Origin: Gammaproteobacteria bacterium | GTDB taxonomy: Bacteria; Pseudomonadota; Gammaproteobacteria; Magnimaribacterales; D2472 | Direction: 5' to 3' | NCBI GenBank assembly: GCA_045564015.1 | Contig: JBJLIB010000012.1 | Coordinates: forward strand, 53,227 to 117,226 | DNA length: 64,000 nucleotides | Shown here: one piece after another, positions 43,949 to 52,607 of the stretch | How positions within the stretch are numbered: the stretch's first letter is position 1 | Layout of the letters: each line of letters begins with the position of its first letter | Made by a program: the position numbers and the translations under genes | The notes under the pieces: model-generated | What the model saw: only the letters and a program-made list of their open reading frames with translations | Told to the model about the DNA's origin: nothing | Database searches by the model: none

Positions 43949-44571
43949 ATCTATTAGATAATTTTATAAACGAGTGTGACATTGCTTTGAAAACATTATC
44001 ATTCAAAAAGAGTGGTACTGGCAGATCGTATCCAGCTAATGAAACCTCCTCCTCCCTCTCAAAAAAAGAGAAAAGTTTGTCAGCGCAACTAATGCGAGTA
44101 AATTTAGCTGGCGAAGTAGCAGCACAAGCCCTTTATAGAGGTCAAGCAATGGTCTGCAAAGATGCTGAGATAAAAAATCATCTTGTGCAAGCTGGAGAAG
44201 AAGAAACAGATCATTTAATTTGGTGCAAAAAACGTCTTGAGGAGTTAAACGGAAAACCATCAATCCTCAATCCTGTTTGGTATGCAGGATCATTTGCCAT
44301 TGGTGCAATATTTGGAAGCTTTGGAGAAAAAACTAGTTTGGGATTTGTTGAAGAGACAGAAAAACAGGTAGTGAAACATCTTGAAAAACATTTGGATAAA
44401 GTTTCTAAGAACGATACTGAGACAATTGAAATTTTAAAGACTATGCGAGCTGATGAAGATGAGCATGCTCAAGAGGCGATAGAAAATGGAAGTGAATCAT
44501 TGTCTGAGCCAACAAAAAAAGTTATGAGTTTCACTGCAAAGGTGATGACTTCATCAAGTGCTTATATTTAA
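43945..44571 (+). CDS. coq7: Demethoxyubiquinone hydroxylase (di-iron)
   Basis: LMRVNLAGEVAAQALYRGQ, EETDHLIWC, ETEKQV..HL, DEDEH. Confidence 0.93.
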   Translation: MNLLDNFINECDIALKTLSFKKSGTGRSYPANETSSSLSKKEKSLSAQLMRVNLAGEVAAQALYRGQAMVCKDAEIKNHLVQAGEEETDHLIWCKKRLEELNGKPSILNPVWYAGSFAIGAIFGSFGEKTSLGFVEETEKQVVKHLEKHLDKVSKNDTETIEILKTMRADEDEHAQEAIENGSESLSEPTKKVMSFTAKVMTSSSAYI

Positions 44572-45314
44572 AAAGAGCCCCTCATTAAGCTTTCTCCAAT
44601 AAGAAATACTTTAATGTTGTTAAGTTTTAAATAATTAATATCTTCCCTAGATTTAATTCCTGATTCTGCAATAAAGACATTTTTTTGTTTGAATACATTT
44701 CTTAAGCGAACAGAATTATCTAGATCAACTTCAAACGTTTTTAAATTTCTGTTATTTATCCCTATCAAAGCATCTTCAAAATGCTCAACTCTGCGAAGCT
44801 CATTTTCATCATGTACCTCAATTAAGTAATCCAGCTCTAGCTGTTGAGCGACATTAATAAAATCGTCGATTTGCTGATCAGAAAGAATCGATGCAATCAA
44901 TAAAATACAATCCGCGCCAATCAATTTAGATTCATAAATTTGGTATTCATCGATCATGAAATCTTTTCTTAAAATTGGTAAGGCAGTAATCTTCTTAACC
45001 TCTTTTAAATAATCAACGCTGCCCATAAAAAAATCTTCTTCGGTTAAAATTGATAATGCAGATGCTCCAAAAGCCTCATATTCAATTGCTTTTTTCACTG
45101 GATCAAATTCTTCTGCAATGACTCCTGCGCTTGGTGAAGCTTTTTTTATTTCTGCAATAATGGCTTCATCACTATTGGAGATATTTTCTTTAAATTTACT
45201 CTTAGGAAGATCTAGACTTTCTAGAGAAAGTTTCATTTGCTTCAAAGGTAATTCTGCCTTTTTGTGAACAAGGCCAGCTTTTGTATTTGCGACAATTTTT
45301 TCTAGAATACTCAT
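44568..45314 (-). CDS. trpC: Indole-3-glycerol phosphate synthase
   Basis: IIAEIKKASPSAG, LSILTE, LRKDF, GINNRNL, AESGI, LIGESLM. Confidence 0.97.
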   Translation of the reverse strand: MSILEKIVANTKAGLVHKKAELPLKQMKLSLESLDLPKSKFKENISNSDEAIIAEIKKASPSAGVIAEEFDPVKKAIEYEAFGASALSILTEEDFFMGSVDYLKEVKKITALPILRKDFMIDEYQIYESKLIGADCILLIASILSDQQIDDFINVAQQLELDYLIEVHDENELRRVEHFEDALIGINNRNLKTFEVDLDNSVRLRNVFKQKNVFIAESGIKSREDINYLKLNNIKVFLIGESLMRGSF

Positions 45315-46324
45315 CAACTATTGGATACTCGAACATATGAAGCTAATTTATCTGCAGCCATACCGTTATTCATCAGTTCAAACGAAAGCTCTATACCATT
45401 TGCAATTGAATCTACTTTTTTAGCTAGATATAAAGCTGCGCCAGCATTAAGAGCAATCATATCTTGAACAGCTGATTTATCACCTGAGAAGGCTTCTCTA
45501 ATTAATTGCAAACTGTCATCCGGTGAAGTGGCTGAGATTTCAGGCAGTGTTCCAAGAGATAAACCAAAATCCTTTGGAGAAATTTCATATTCAGAAATAG
45601 TATTATCCTTTAGCTCTGCAACATATGTGGAGTCGGTGATAGTAATTTCATCTAAACCATCGAAACCATGAACAATAAGAACATGTTCCATAGATAAATT
45701 CTTTGCAACCGATGCAAAAGTTCTCACCAAATCTTTTTGGTAAACGCCTAGGATTTGCCTTTTTGCACCACATGGATTTGTATGAGGGCCTAGCAAATTA
45801 AACAAGGTTTTCTTTCCAATTTTTTGCCTTGCCGGCATCACATATTTCATTGACTCATGATGCAAAGGGGCAAACAAAAAAACAAAACCCACTCTCTTAA
45901 AAATATTTTCCAGCTTTGTTCGATCATGGGCTATGTCAGCTCCAGCGGCTAACAACAAATCTGCGCTACCAGACTTACTGGATACTGCCTTATTACCATG
46001 CTTGGTTACTGCGGCTCCTCCAGCAGCAGCCACAAAAGATGAAGCCGTAGAGCAATTAAAAGTATGAAGGCCTGAACCTCCTGTGCCACAAGTATCTATG
46101 TGATCTCCATCTCCTAATGGGTAAGTTAAAGATTTTTCTTTCATGACTCTAGCTGCAGCAGTAATCTCAGTTTCTTGAATCCCTTTTTCATTCAAGGCCA
46201 GCAAAAATGCTTCAATAGAGAGATCATCAACCTCTCCAGTCATGATTGATTCAATCGCAGACTGCATTGAATGGAAATCAAGGTCCTCTTTTCTTTCTAG
46301 CTGATTAATAAAATCTTGAATCAT
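45314..46324 (-). CDS. trpD: Anthranilate phosphoribosyltransferase
   Basis: DTCGTGGSG..TFNCST, KHGNKAVSSKSGSAD, DGLDEI. Confidence 0.97.
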   Translation of the reverse strand: MIQDFINQLERKEDLDFHSMQSAIESIMTGEVDDLSIEAFLLALNEKGIQETEITAAARVMKEKSLTYPLGDGDHIDTCGTGGSGLHTFNCSTASSFVAAAGGAAVTKHGNKAVSSKSGSADLLLAAGADIAHDRTKLENIFKRVGFVFLFAPLHHESMKYVMPARQKIGKKTLFNLLGPHTNPCGAKRQILGVYQKDLVRTFASVAKNLSMEHVLIVHGFDGLDEITITDSTYVAELKDNTISEYEISPKDFGLSLGTLPEISATSPDDSLQLIREAFSGDKSAVQDMIALNAGAALYLAKKVDSIANGIELSFELMNNGMAADKLASYVRVSNS

Positions 46325-46884
46325 ATATTTAAAAAATTATTAATTAATTGCATTCCATGATCAGTATCAATGGATTCAGGATGAAATTGAACACCATATA
46401 TCGGTCTAGAGACATGCTCTACCCCCATAATAATTGAAGGATCATCAGCAATTGTAGAGATTACCTTTAAATCTTTTGGCAAACTGAAGCTATCAATAAT
46501 GAGACTGTGATACCTCACCACTGAATATGGGTCAGGAATATTATTAAACAATCCTGAATTGGAATGATTGATATTAGATTTTTTGCCATGAAAAACTTCG
46601 GGAGCTTTAATAATCTTAGCTCCAAAGGCCGCACCAATTGACTGATGACCTAAGCAAACTCCTAATAATGGTACTTGAGATTCTTTAACAATCTCAATAG
46701 AAATTCCAGCCTCATTTGGTGTGCAGGGACCTGGAGAAATAACAATTTTTTCAGGGTTAAGAGAATGGATTTCAGCTATGGTTAATGCATCATTTCTTTT
46801 AACTAAAACCTCATGACCGCATTCTCCAATATAATGAACCAAGTTGTAGGTAAAAGAATCATAATTATCAATTACTAAAATCAT
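46321..46884 (-). CDS. trpG: Anthranilate synthase component II
   Basis: IDNYDSFTYNL, ISPGPCTP, GVCLGHQ, RYHSL, QFHPES. Confidence 0.96.
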   Translation of the reverse strand: MILVIDNYDSFTYNLVHYIGECGHEVLVKRNDALTIAEIHSLNPEKIVISPGPCTPNEAGISIEIVKESQVPLLGVCLGHQSIGAAFGAKIIKAPEVFHGKKSNINHSNSGLFNNIPDPYSVVRYHSLIIDSFSLPKDLKVISTIADDPSIIMGVEHVSRPIYGVQFHPESIDTDHGMQLINNFLNI

Positions 46885-48347
46885 GAGATCATCTCCATGG
46901 CGTCCATGAATACTTTAGATTTTTGCCTACATTCCAACCATTCATTTTCTGGCACAGAGTCAGCAACGACTCCAGCTCCAGCTCCTACATGGATCGTTTT
47001 GTCTTTAATTACAGCTGTTCTAATTGCTATGGCTGTATCCATGTTTCCATTCCACCCTATATATCCTATTGCCCCGCCATAAATGCCTCTTGAGCTTGGT
47101 TCTAGCTCATGGATTATTTCCATCGCTCTTATTTTAGGCGCGCCGGATAATGTTCCAGCAGGCAATGCTGCTTTTAAAACATCAAAATAATTTAATCCTG
47201 ATATCAATCTTCCCACCACATTCGATACTATATGCATTACATGAGAGTACTTTTCGACAATCATTTTAGCTGTTACCTTCACTGATCCGATTTCAGATAC
47301 GCGCCCAACATCATTTCTGCCCAGATCAATAAGCATAAGATGCTCGGCTATTTCTTTTGGATCATTGAGTAATTCAGATTGATTGGATTTATCTTCTACT
47401 AAATTTTTTCCTCTCTTTCGTGTACCTGCCATGGGTCTGAGTGTTACTTCTTGATTTTCTAGTCTTACTAAGATTTCTGGAGATGCACCTACAATCTGAC
47501 ATTCATCTAAATTTAAATAATACATGTATGGAGAAGGGTTCAACTCTCTTATTGCTTTGTATAAATCAAAGGGGTCAAGATCAAAATTTGCTGAAAAATC
47601 TTGAGCTAAAACAACCTGCATCACATCGCCTTCTGCGATGTAATTTTTTATGGTACTGACAGCAGCAAGATATTCTGCCTTTGTAAAATTTGAGTGAAAT
47701 TCAAATGTGTTTGTTATCTCTTTAAAGTTATCAGCCTCTAAAGATATTGGTTTAGAGATAAGGTTTTCAATTTCATCTAATTGTGAGCAAGCAAACTCAT
47801 AAGTCATGCTTTGAAGACAGGCATTAAAAATAATTTGGGTTGAATTATTTAAATTATCAAAGACTATAAGCTTTTCAGCTTTAACTAACATGATATCGGG
47901 CATGTGCTCGGCAAATTTAGATCCCTTTTCAGGCAGCATGGCTATTTTAGCTTCTGCATATTGAGAGCTTTCATAGGCAAAAAAACCAACATAGCCCCCA
48001 TGAAATCTTGGCAGGTGTTCTAAGTTTGGTGATAGATGTTGAGAAGTTATTTCTTGAATAGCTAACAAAGGATTTTCAGCTTTACATTTATTACTGACTC
48101 CATTTATTAATGTTTCAATTGTGTTGCCTGAAACTTTAATGGTATCAAGGCAGCCAAATCCAATAATTGAATACTGAGCCCATCTCTCTCCCCCTTCTAC
48201 TGATTCTAATAAAAAATTATTTTTTTGATCTGATATTTTTGAATACAAAGATAGAGGCGTATCTCCAGGAGCTGAAACTGTTCTACTAATAGGAAGAACC
48301 GTAAAATTAGCATCTTTAAAGTTGTTATATTCTTCTTTTGTAATCAT
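46881..48347 (-). CDS. trpE: Anthranilate synthase component I
   Basis: LLESVEGGERW, NPSPYMY, ASPEILV, EHLMLIDLGRND, PAGTLSGAPK, IAIRT. Confidence 0.97.
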   Translation of the reverse strand: MITKEEYNNFKDANFTVLPISRTVSAPGDTPLSLYSKISDQKNNFLLESVEGGERWAQYSIIGFGCLDTIKVSGNTIETLINGVSNKCKAENPLLAIQEITSQHLSPNLEHLPRFHGGYVGFFAYESSQYAEAKIAMLPEKGSKFAEHMPDIMLVKAEKLIVFDNLNNSTQIIFNACLQSMTYEFACSQLDEIENLISKPISLEADNFKEITNTFEFHSNFTKAEYLAAVSTIKNYIAEGDVMQVVLAQDFSANFDLDPFDLYKAIRELNPSPYMYYLNLDECQIVGASPEILVRLENQEVTLRPMAGTRKRGKNLVEDKSNQSELLNDPKEIAEHLMLIDLGRNDVGRVSEIGSVKVTAKMIVEKYSHVMHIVSNVVGRLISGLNYFDVLKAALPAGTLSGAPKIRAMEIIHELEPSSRGIYGGAIGYIGWNGNMDTAIAIRTAVIKDKTIHVGAGAGVVADSVPENEWLECRQKSKVFMDAMEMIS

Positions 48348-48358
48348 TAGATTTATTT

Positions 48359-48787
48359 TTAAAGATTGATTTTATCGCCCTCAGAAATTTGATTCTTAGA
48401 AAACCACCCCTGATTCACTTCAACAGCCATTCTGGCCTTTTTCGAAGAGCAAATAGACTCCTCTGAAAAGGGGACCATATCATAAATCTCTAAAACTCTA
48501 CCATCGGTTGAGAGATAGGCAACGCTTAAAGGAATTGAGGTATTTTTCATCCACATACATTGCTTTTTACTTAGTGGCCAAATGAAAATCATTCCATGAT
48601 TTTTTTCAAGAGACTCCTGAAACATTAAGCCTTTGCTGCGAGATTCATTGGTATTTGCAACTATCAAAGAGAGCTTAGCTAGCTTTCCCTCAAAAGTCGC
48701 TTCTATATTCCCATATGAGTAGGTAGAAAGAATGATTAAGCTTAAGCTAAGAAATTTTTTGACGGAAACTCTGAATAGTTTCTTCAT
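48359..48787 (-). CDS. DUF192 family exported protein
   Basis: RSKGLMF..SL....GMIF, WMKNTSIPLSVAY, EVNQGWF. Start ATG 48787 preferred; the longer frame runs deep into rpe. Confidence 0.85.
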   Translation of the reverse strand: MKKLFRVSVKKFLSLSLIILSTYSYGNIEATFEGKLAKLSLIVANTNESRSKGLMFQESLEKNHGMIFIWPLSKKQCMWMKNTSIPLSVAYLSTDGRVLEIYDMVPFSEESICSSKKARMAVEVNQGWFSKNQISEGDKINL

Positions 48788-49412
48788 AATCTGGTGATCC
48801 AAAAATTGCTGATCCTGCAACAAATACATTAGCTCCAGCCTCAGAGACACTAGCAATAGTATCAAGATTAATGCCCCCATCAACCTCTAAATAGATCAGT
48901 TTATCTTGGAGATCAATCATCGCTTTAACGTCTTGTATTTTTTTTAATGTGCTTGGAATGAATTTCTGTCCACCAAATCCTGGGTTTACACTCATTAATA
49001 AAACTAAATCGATGTCCTGAATAATATTATCTAAAACAGATACTGAGGTGGCTGGATTTAATGCAATGCCAACTTTGCAGCCAAGGCTTTTAATTAAATC
49101 TATAGTTCTTGCAACATGTTTAGTGGCTTCAGGATGAAAACTAATTAAGTCTGCACCCGCATTAGCAAAACTTTTTGCAATTTCATCAACCGGCTCAACC
49201 ATTAAATGAACGTCAATAAAGTTTTTAATGCCGTCATCTCTTAGAGATTTACACACCATAGGGCCAATAGTTAAGTTTGGTACATAATGATTATCCATAA
49301 CATCAAAATGAATCCAATCGGCTCCAGCATGCATAACGGAGTTTACTTCTTCTCCCAACCGTGCAAAGTTTGCAGATAGGATAGATGGCGCAATGAGTGA
49401 TTGATTTTCCAT
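48747..49412 (-). CDS. rpe: Ribulose-phosphate 3-epimerase
   Basis: IAPSILSANF, HFDVMDNHYVPNLT, DVHLMV, MSVNPGFGGQ, EVDGG. Confidence 0.98.
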   Translation of the reverse strand: MENQSLIAPSILSANFARLGEEVNSVMHAGADWIHFDVMDNHYVPNLTIGPMVCKSLRDDGIKNFIDVHLMVEPVDEIAKSFANAGADLISFHPEATKHVARTIDLIKSLGCKVGIALNPATSVSVLDNIIQDIDLVLLMSVNPGFGGQKFIPSTLKKIQDVKAMIDLQDKLIYLEVDGGINLDTIASVSEAGANVFVAGSAIFGSPDYEETIQSFRQKIS

Positions 49413-49418
49413 AATTAA

Positions 49419-50090
49419 TTAATTTTCTTCTTTTAGTGATGCCCTTGCAAGCTCTAACCTCTCAATAGTTCCAATATCTATCCACAATGAGGTGTCTTGA
49501 TGAGCGGTAATTTTTTGTGCTTTGATTAGAGGCCTCATTATCGTATTCCAAATATCAAATGGAAAATCTAAGTTTAAATACTCTTTCAAAATTACAGGAT
49601 TGATTAATGAGATACCTGACCAAGTCAAATCATTTGCCTTCTCATTAATAATTACTGAGCTGCCTAGCAAAGAGAAATCTCCATCTTGATTGTGATTTGG
49701 ATTTGAAATACCGATTAAATGTGCTGCATCAGTTGAACTGGGCAGTTTGGATAGATCAATTTCAGAAAAAATATCTGCATTACATAATATAAATGGATCA
49801 TCTCCTAGGTGATCAATAGCATTAACCAAGGCACCACCAGTCCCATAAGGGTATGGCTCCTCAATAAAACAGATATTTTGATGGTGTGAATGATTTTTTA
49901 AGGATTCTTTTATTTGTTCACCCAAGTATGAAATATTTATAACAAAATCATTGATGCCGAGATTTAATAATCTATTAATCTGATCTTCGATTAAGGAAGA
50001 TGATCCAACTTTTAGTAGGGGTTTAGGGATTTTTAAGGTTAAAGGCTGAAGTCTTTTTCCTTCTCCAGCTGCCAGAATCATTGCTTTCAT
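49419..50090 (-). CDS. murU: MurNAc-1-phosphate uridylyltransferase
   Basis: KAMILAAGEGKRLQPLT..PKPL, NPNHNQDGDF, WIDIGT; overlaps the amgK stop. Confidence 0.85.
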   Translation of the reverse strand: MKAMILAAGEGKRLQPLTLKIPKPLLKVGSSSLIEDQINRLLNLGINDFVINISYLGEQIKESLKNHSHHQNICFIEEPYPYGTGGALVNAIDHLGDDPFILCNADIFSEIDLSKLPSSTDAAHLIGISNPNHNQDGDFSLLGSSVIINEKANDLTWSGISLINPVILKEYLNLDFPFDIWNTIMRPLIKAQKITAHQDTSLWIDIGTIERLELARASLKEEN

Positions 50091-51040
50091 ATCATTGAGA
50101 GTTTGTTTTTTAATTTTGGTTGAATTTTTTCTATTAGATATTCTTTACAAGTCCAATTATCAGGAACAATGGAAATTAGATTTTTTAAAATTAAAGGCAT
50201 ATCCATTAGACGAAAATCTTTATCTTCATGAAGGTAAAGTCTTGATAAAACCCCCAAAATCCTTAAATTTCTTTGCACGCCTCCCCATCTAAAAAGTTCA
50301 AATGGATCAATCGAGCCATCAATAAAATATGATTTCTCTTGATAATATTTCAGGGCCTGATTTATTGCATCATGATCAGCCAAGCTATAATGATCCAGTA
50401 AAATTCCAGCTAAATCTATACCAATTGGTCCTCTAGATAAATCTTGGAAATCTATTACAAAAATTTCATTTCTCTCCGATAAAATTAAATTTCTTCTTTC
50501 AAAATCAAAGTGGCAATTAACATGTGGCTGAGCTGATAATTCGGACGAAGCTTTTTCTATTAATTTTTCTATTGAGGGATCAGCCTCTACATCTAAAAAC
50601 TCTTTACAAAAAATCTTATTAAATAACATCATTTGATTTATAAGATCAGCACTTTCTAATGATGGAATATTTAAATTTGGGATGGCCTGAATTTCTACCA
50701 ACAAGTCTAAACACTTTAGAGTCAATTCCTTGAAATCATTTCTATCTTCGACTTCCAATAGACTCAAATCCCCAAGATCGTTTTGAATAGTAATGCCCAA
50801 TTCAGGAAAGCTATCTAATACTTTGGAAGAATTAATTTGATGCTCTGAAAAAATATTTGCAATTTTAATAAATTGAGCATGACTTCCCTTTTGGGGATCT
50901 AAATAACACAAGATAAAGCTGGCATTCTGCCGAGTGAGTCGCCAATATTCTCTTCCGCTTGCTTCAGTTTTTAAGGCTATGGCTTGCTGAGATGGGTAAC
51001 CACATCTTTCGCCAAGCTCTAAAATATCTTTTTCGTTCAA
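50087..51040 (-). CDS. amgK: Anomeric MurNAc/GlcNAc kinase (APH fold, TTG start)
   Basis: EASGREYWR, DLGD, HFDFERRNL (cf. HRDY..RNL), IDFQD...GP, QRNLRILGVLSRL; paired with murU. Confidence 0.82.
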   Translation of the reverse strand: MNEKDILELGERCGYPSQQAIALKTEASGREYWRLTRQNASFILCYLDPQKGSHAQFIKIANIFSEHQINSSKVLDSFPELGITIQNDLGDLSLLEVEDRNDFKELTLKCLDLLVEIQAIPNLNIPSLESADLINQMMLFNKIFCKEFLDVEADPSIEKLIEKASSELSAQPHVNCHFDFERRNLILSERNEIFVIDFQDLSRGPIGIDLAGILLDHYSLADHDAINQALKYYQEKSYFIDGSIDPFELFRWGGVQRNLRILGVLSRLYLHEDKDFRLMDMPLILKNLISIVPDNWTCKEYLIEKIQPKLKNKLSMI

Positions 51041-51041
51041 A

Positions 51042-51899
51042 CTAGCTATTTTTTATTTCATCTGGCAAAGGTGTTTCATCGGGTAAAAAGAAATCAAGGG
51101 CCAACTGATCAAAGGGAACATCAGCGTAATGACTAAAATCTTTTACCCCAGCATCATGCAAGACCAAATCATCTATACAAAAATTGCCAGAAAAATTCTC
51201 TGAGTTTTTATTAAAAATTTCGTACGCTGCATCGGCCATAATTTCAGGCTTTCTTGAAATATTCATTAACTCCTCGCCGCCTAAAATATTTTTTACAGCT
51301 GCCGTTGCAATTGCAGTTCTGGGCCACAAACCGTTAACCGCTATACCGTCTGGTTTTAATTCTTCTGCCATGCCCAAAACACACATACTCATTGTAAATT
51401 TTGCCATTGTGTATGCTAGATGAGGACCAAACCATTTAGGCTTCATGTCTAGAGGTGGGGCTAGATTTAATATATGGGCATTATTAGATTGTTTTAGATG
51501 AGGAATGCAATATTTGCTTACAAGATATGTTCCCCTACCATTAATTTGATGCATTAAATCATATCTTTTCATATCTGTGTCTGGGGTAGTGGTCAATGAA
51601 ATGGCAGATGCATTATTCACACAAATATCAATACCGCCAAAATGGCTAATGGTTTGCTCAACCGCCTCCCTGACATTAACTTCATCACGCACATCAAGAA
51701 TAATTGGCAATGCTTCTCCACCCGCTGCCACAATCTCATCTGCTGCAGTGTATATAGTGCCAGCAAGTTTTGGATGAGGTTCTGCTGTTTTTGCGGCCAA
51801 TACAACCTTTGCGCCATCTTGCGCAGCTCTTTTGCCTATTTCAAGACCTATTCCCCTGCTGCCGCCAGTAATAAATAATACTCTGCCTTTTAAACTCAT
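51042..51899 (-). CDS. SDR oxidoreductase, HSDL2-like
   Basis: ITGGSRGIG, AKTAEPHPKL.GTIY, NNASAI, YTMAK, LWPRTAIATAA; GGAG RBS before ATG 51899. Confidence 0.88.
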   Translation of the reverse strand: MSLKGRVLFITGGSRGIGLEIGKRAAQDGAKVVLAAKTAEPHPKLAGTIYTAADEIVAAGGEALPIILDVRDEVNVREAVEQTISHFGGIDICVNNASAISLTTTPDTDMKRYDLMHQINGRGTYLVSKYCIPHLKQSNNAHILNLAPPLDMKPKWFGPHLAYTMAKFTMSMCVLGMAEELKPDGIAVNGLWPRTAIATAAVKNILGGEELMNISRKPEIMADAAYEIFNKNSENFSGNFCIDDLVLHDAGVKDFSHYADVPFDQLALDFFLPDETPLPDEIKNS

Positions 51900-52002
51900 T
51901 TTATGTCTCCAACTTTTATAATAATTATTGGTTGATGTTGCATTTTTATACTGGTTGATGCAAGTTAAGGGATTATTATAAGCTTTAGAAGTGAGGACGA
52001 CC

Positions 52003-52599
52003 ATGAATGTAGATTTTATTTTTGACTTTGCAAGTCCAAATGCCTACCTATGTCATAAGGCAATTCAAAACCTTGAAACAACACATGATATAAAATTTAA
52101 CTATGTGCCCTGCCTTCTTGGAGGGATCATGAAGCTATCTAACAACCAGCCGCCTATGGTCACCTTGGCTGAAATTCCTAATAAAATGAAATATGAATTT
52201 GATACTGCTTTCAATAGATTCATGAGAGAACACAGCATCACAAAGTTTAAAATGAATGAACATTTTCCTGTCAATACTATCTCACTCATCAGAGGTGCAA
52301 TAGTTGCCCAAAAAAATGATTTTTTTGATTCTTATGTTGAAATCGTTTTAAGTGGGCTGTGGGAGCAATCTCTTAAACTTGACTCCCCCGAAGCTCTTCA
52401 TGCGCTATTAATAGAGCATGATTGTCATGCTGATCTTGTCATTGAGGGCATTGCAAAAGATGAGATTAAAGAAGAATTAATTGCCAATACTAGTGAAGCT
52501 GCTGAGAAGGGAGCTTTTGGGATTCCAACGTTTTTCGTAAAAGATGAGATGTTTTATGGAAAAGACACCTTGAGAGAACTCAAAGAAATGGCTTCTTGA
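52003..52599 (+). CDS. 2-hydroxychromene-2-carboxylate isomerase / kappa-class GST (DsbA-like)
   Basis: FIFDFASPNAY, PCLLGGI, FPVNT, GAFGIPTFFV..EMFYGKD; GAGGA RBS before ATG 52003. Confidence 0.88.
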   Translation: MNVDFIFDFASPNAYLCHKAIQNLETTHDIKFNYVPCLLGGIMKLSNNQPPMVTLAEIPNKMKYEFDTAFNRFMREHSITKFKMNEHFPVNTISLIRGAIVAQKNDFFDSYVEIVLSGLWEQSLKLDSPEALHALLIEHDCHADLVIEGIAKDEIKEELIANTSEAAEKGAFGIPTFFVKDEMFYGKDTLRELKEMAS

Positions 52600-52607
52600 A
52601 GCTTTAA

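Noticed and set aside
48788-48883. N-terminal extensions in the track for DUF192, also TonB (38550-38600), SDR (51900-52004) and tsaD (63348-63395)
   Set aside because: They overlap neighbouring genes or promoters; downstream ATGs fit family N-termini, RBSs or operon packing better.
50087-51040. Aminoglycoside-resistance kinases (this ORF and 60547-61620)
   Set aside because: APH fold only; motifs and context indicate AmgK and an ACAD10/11-type kinase.
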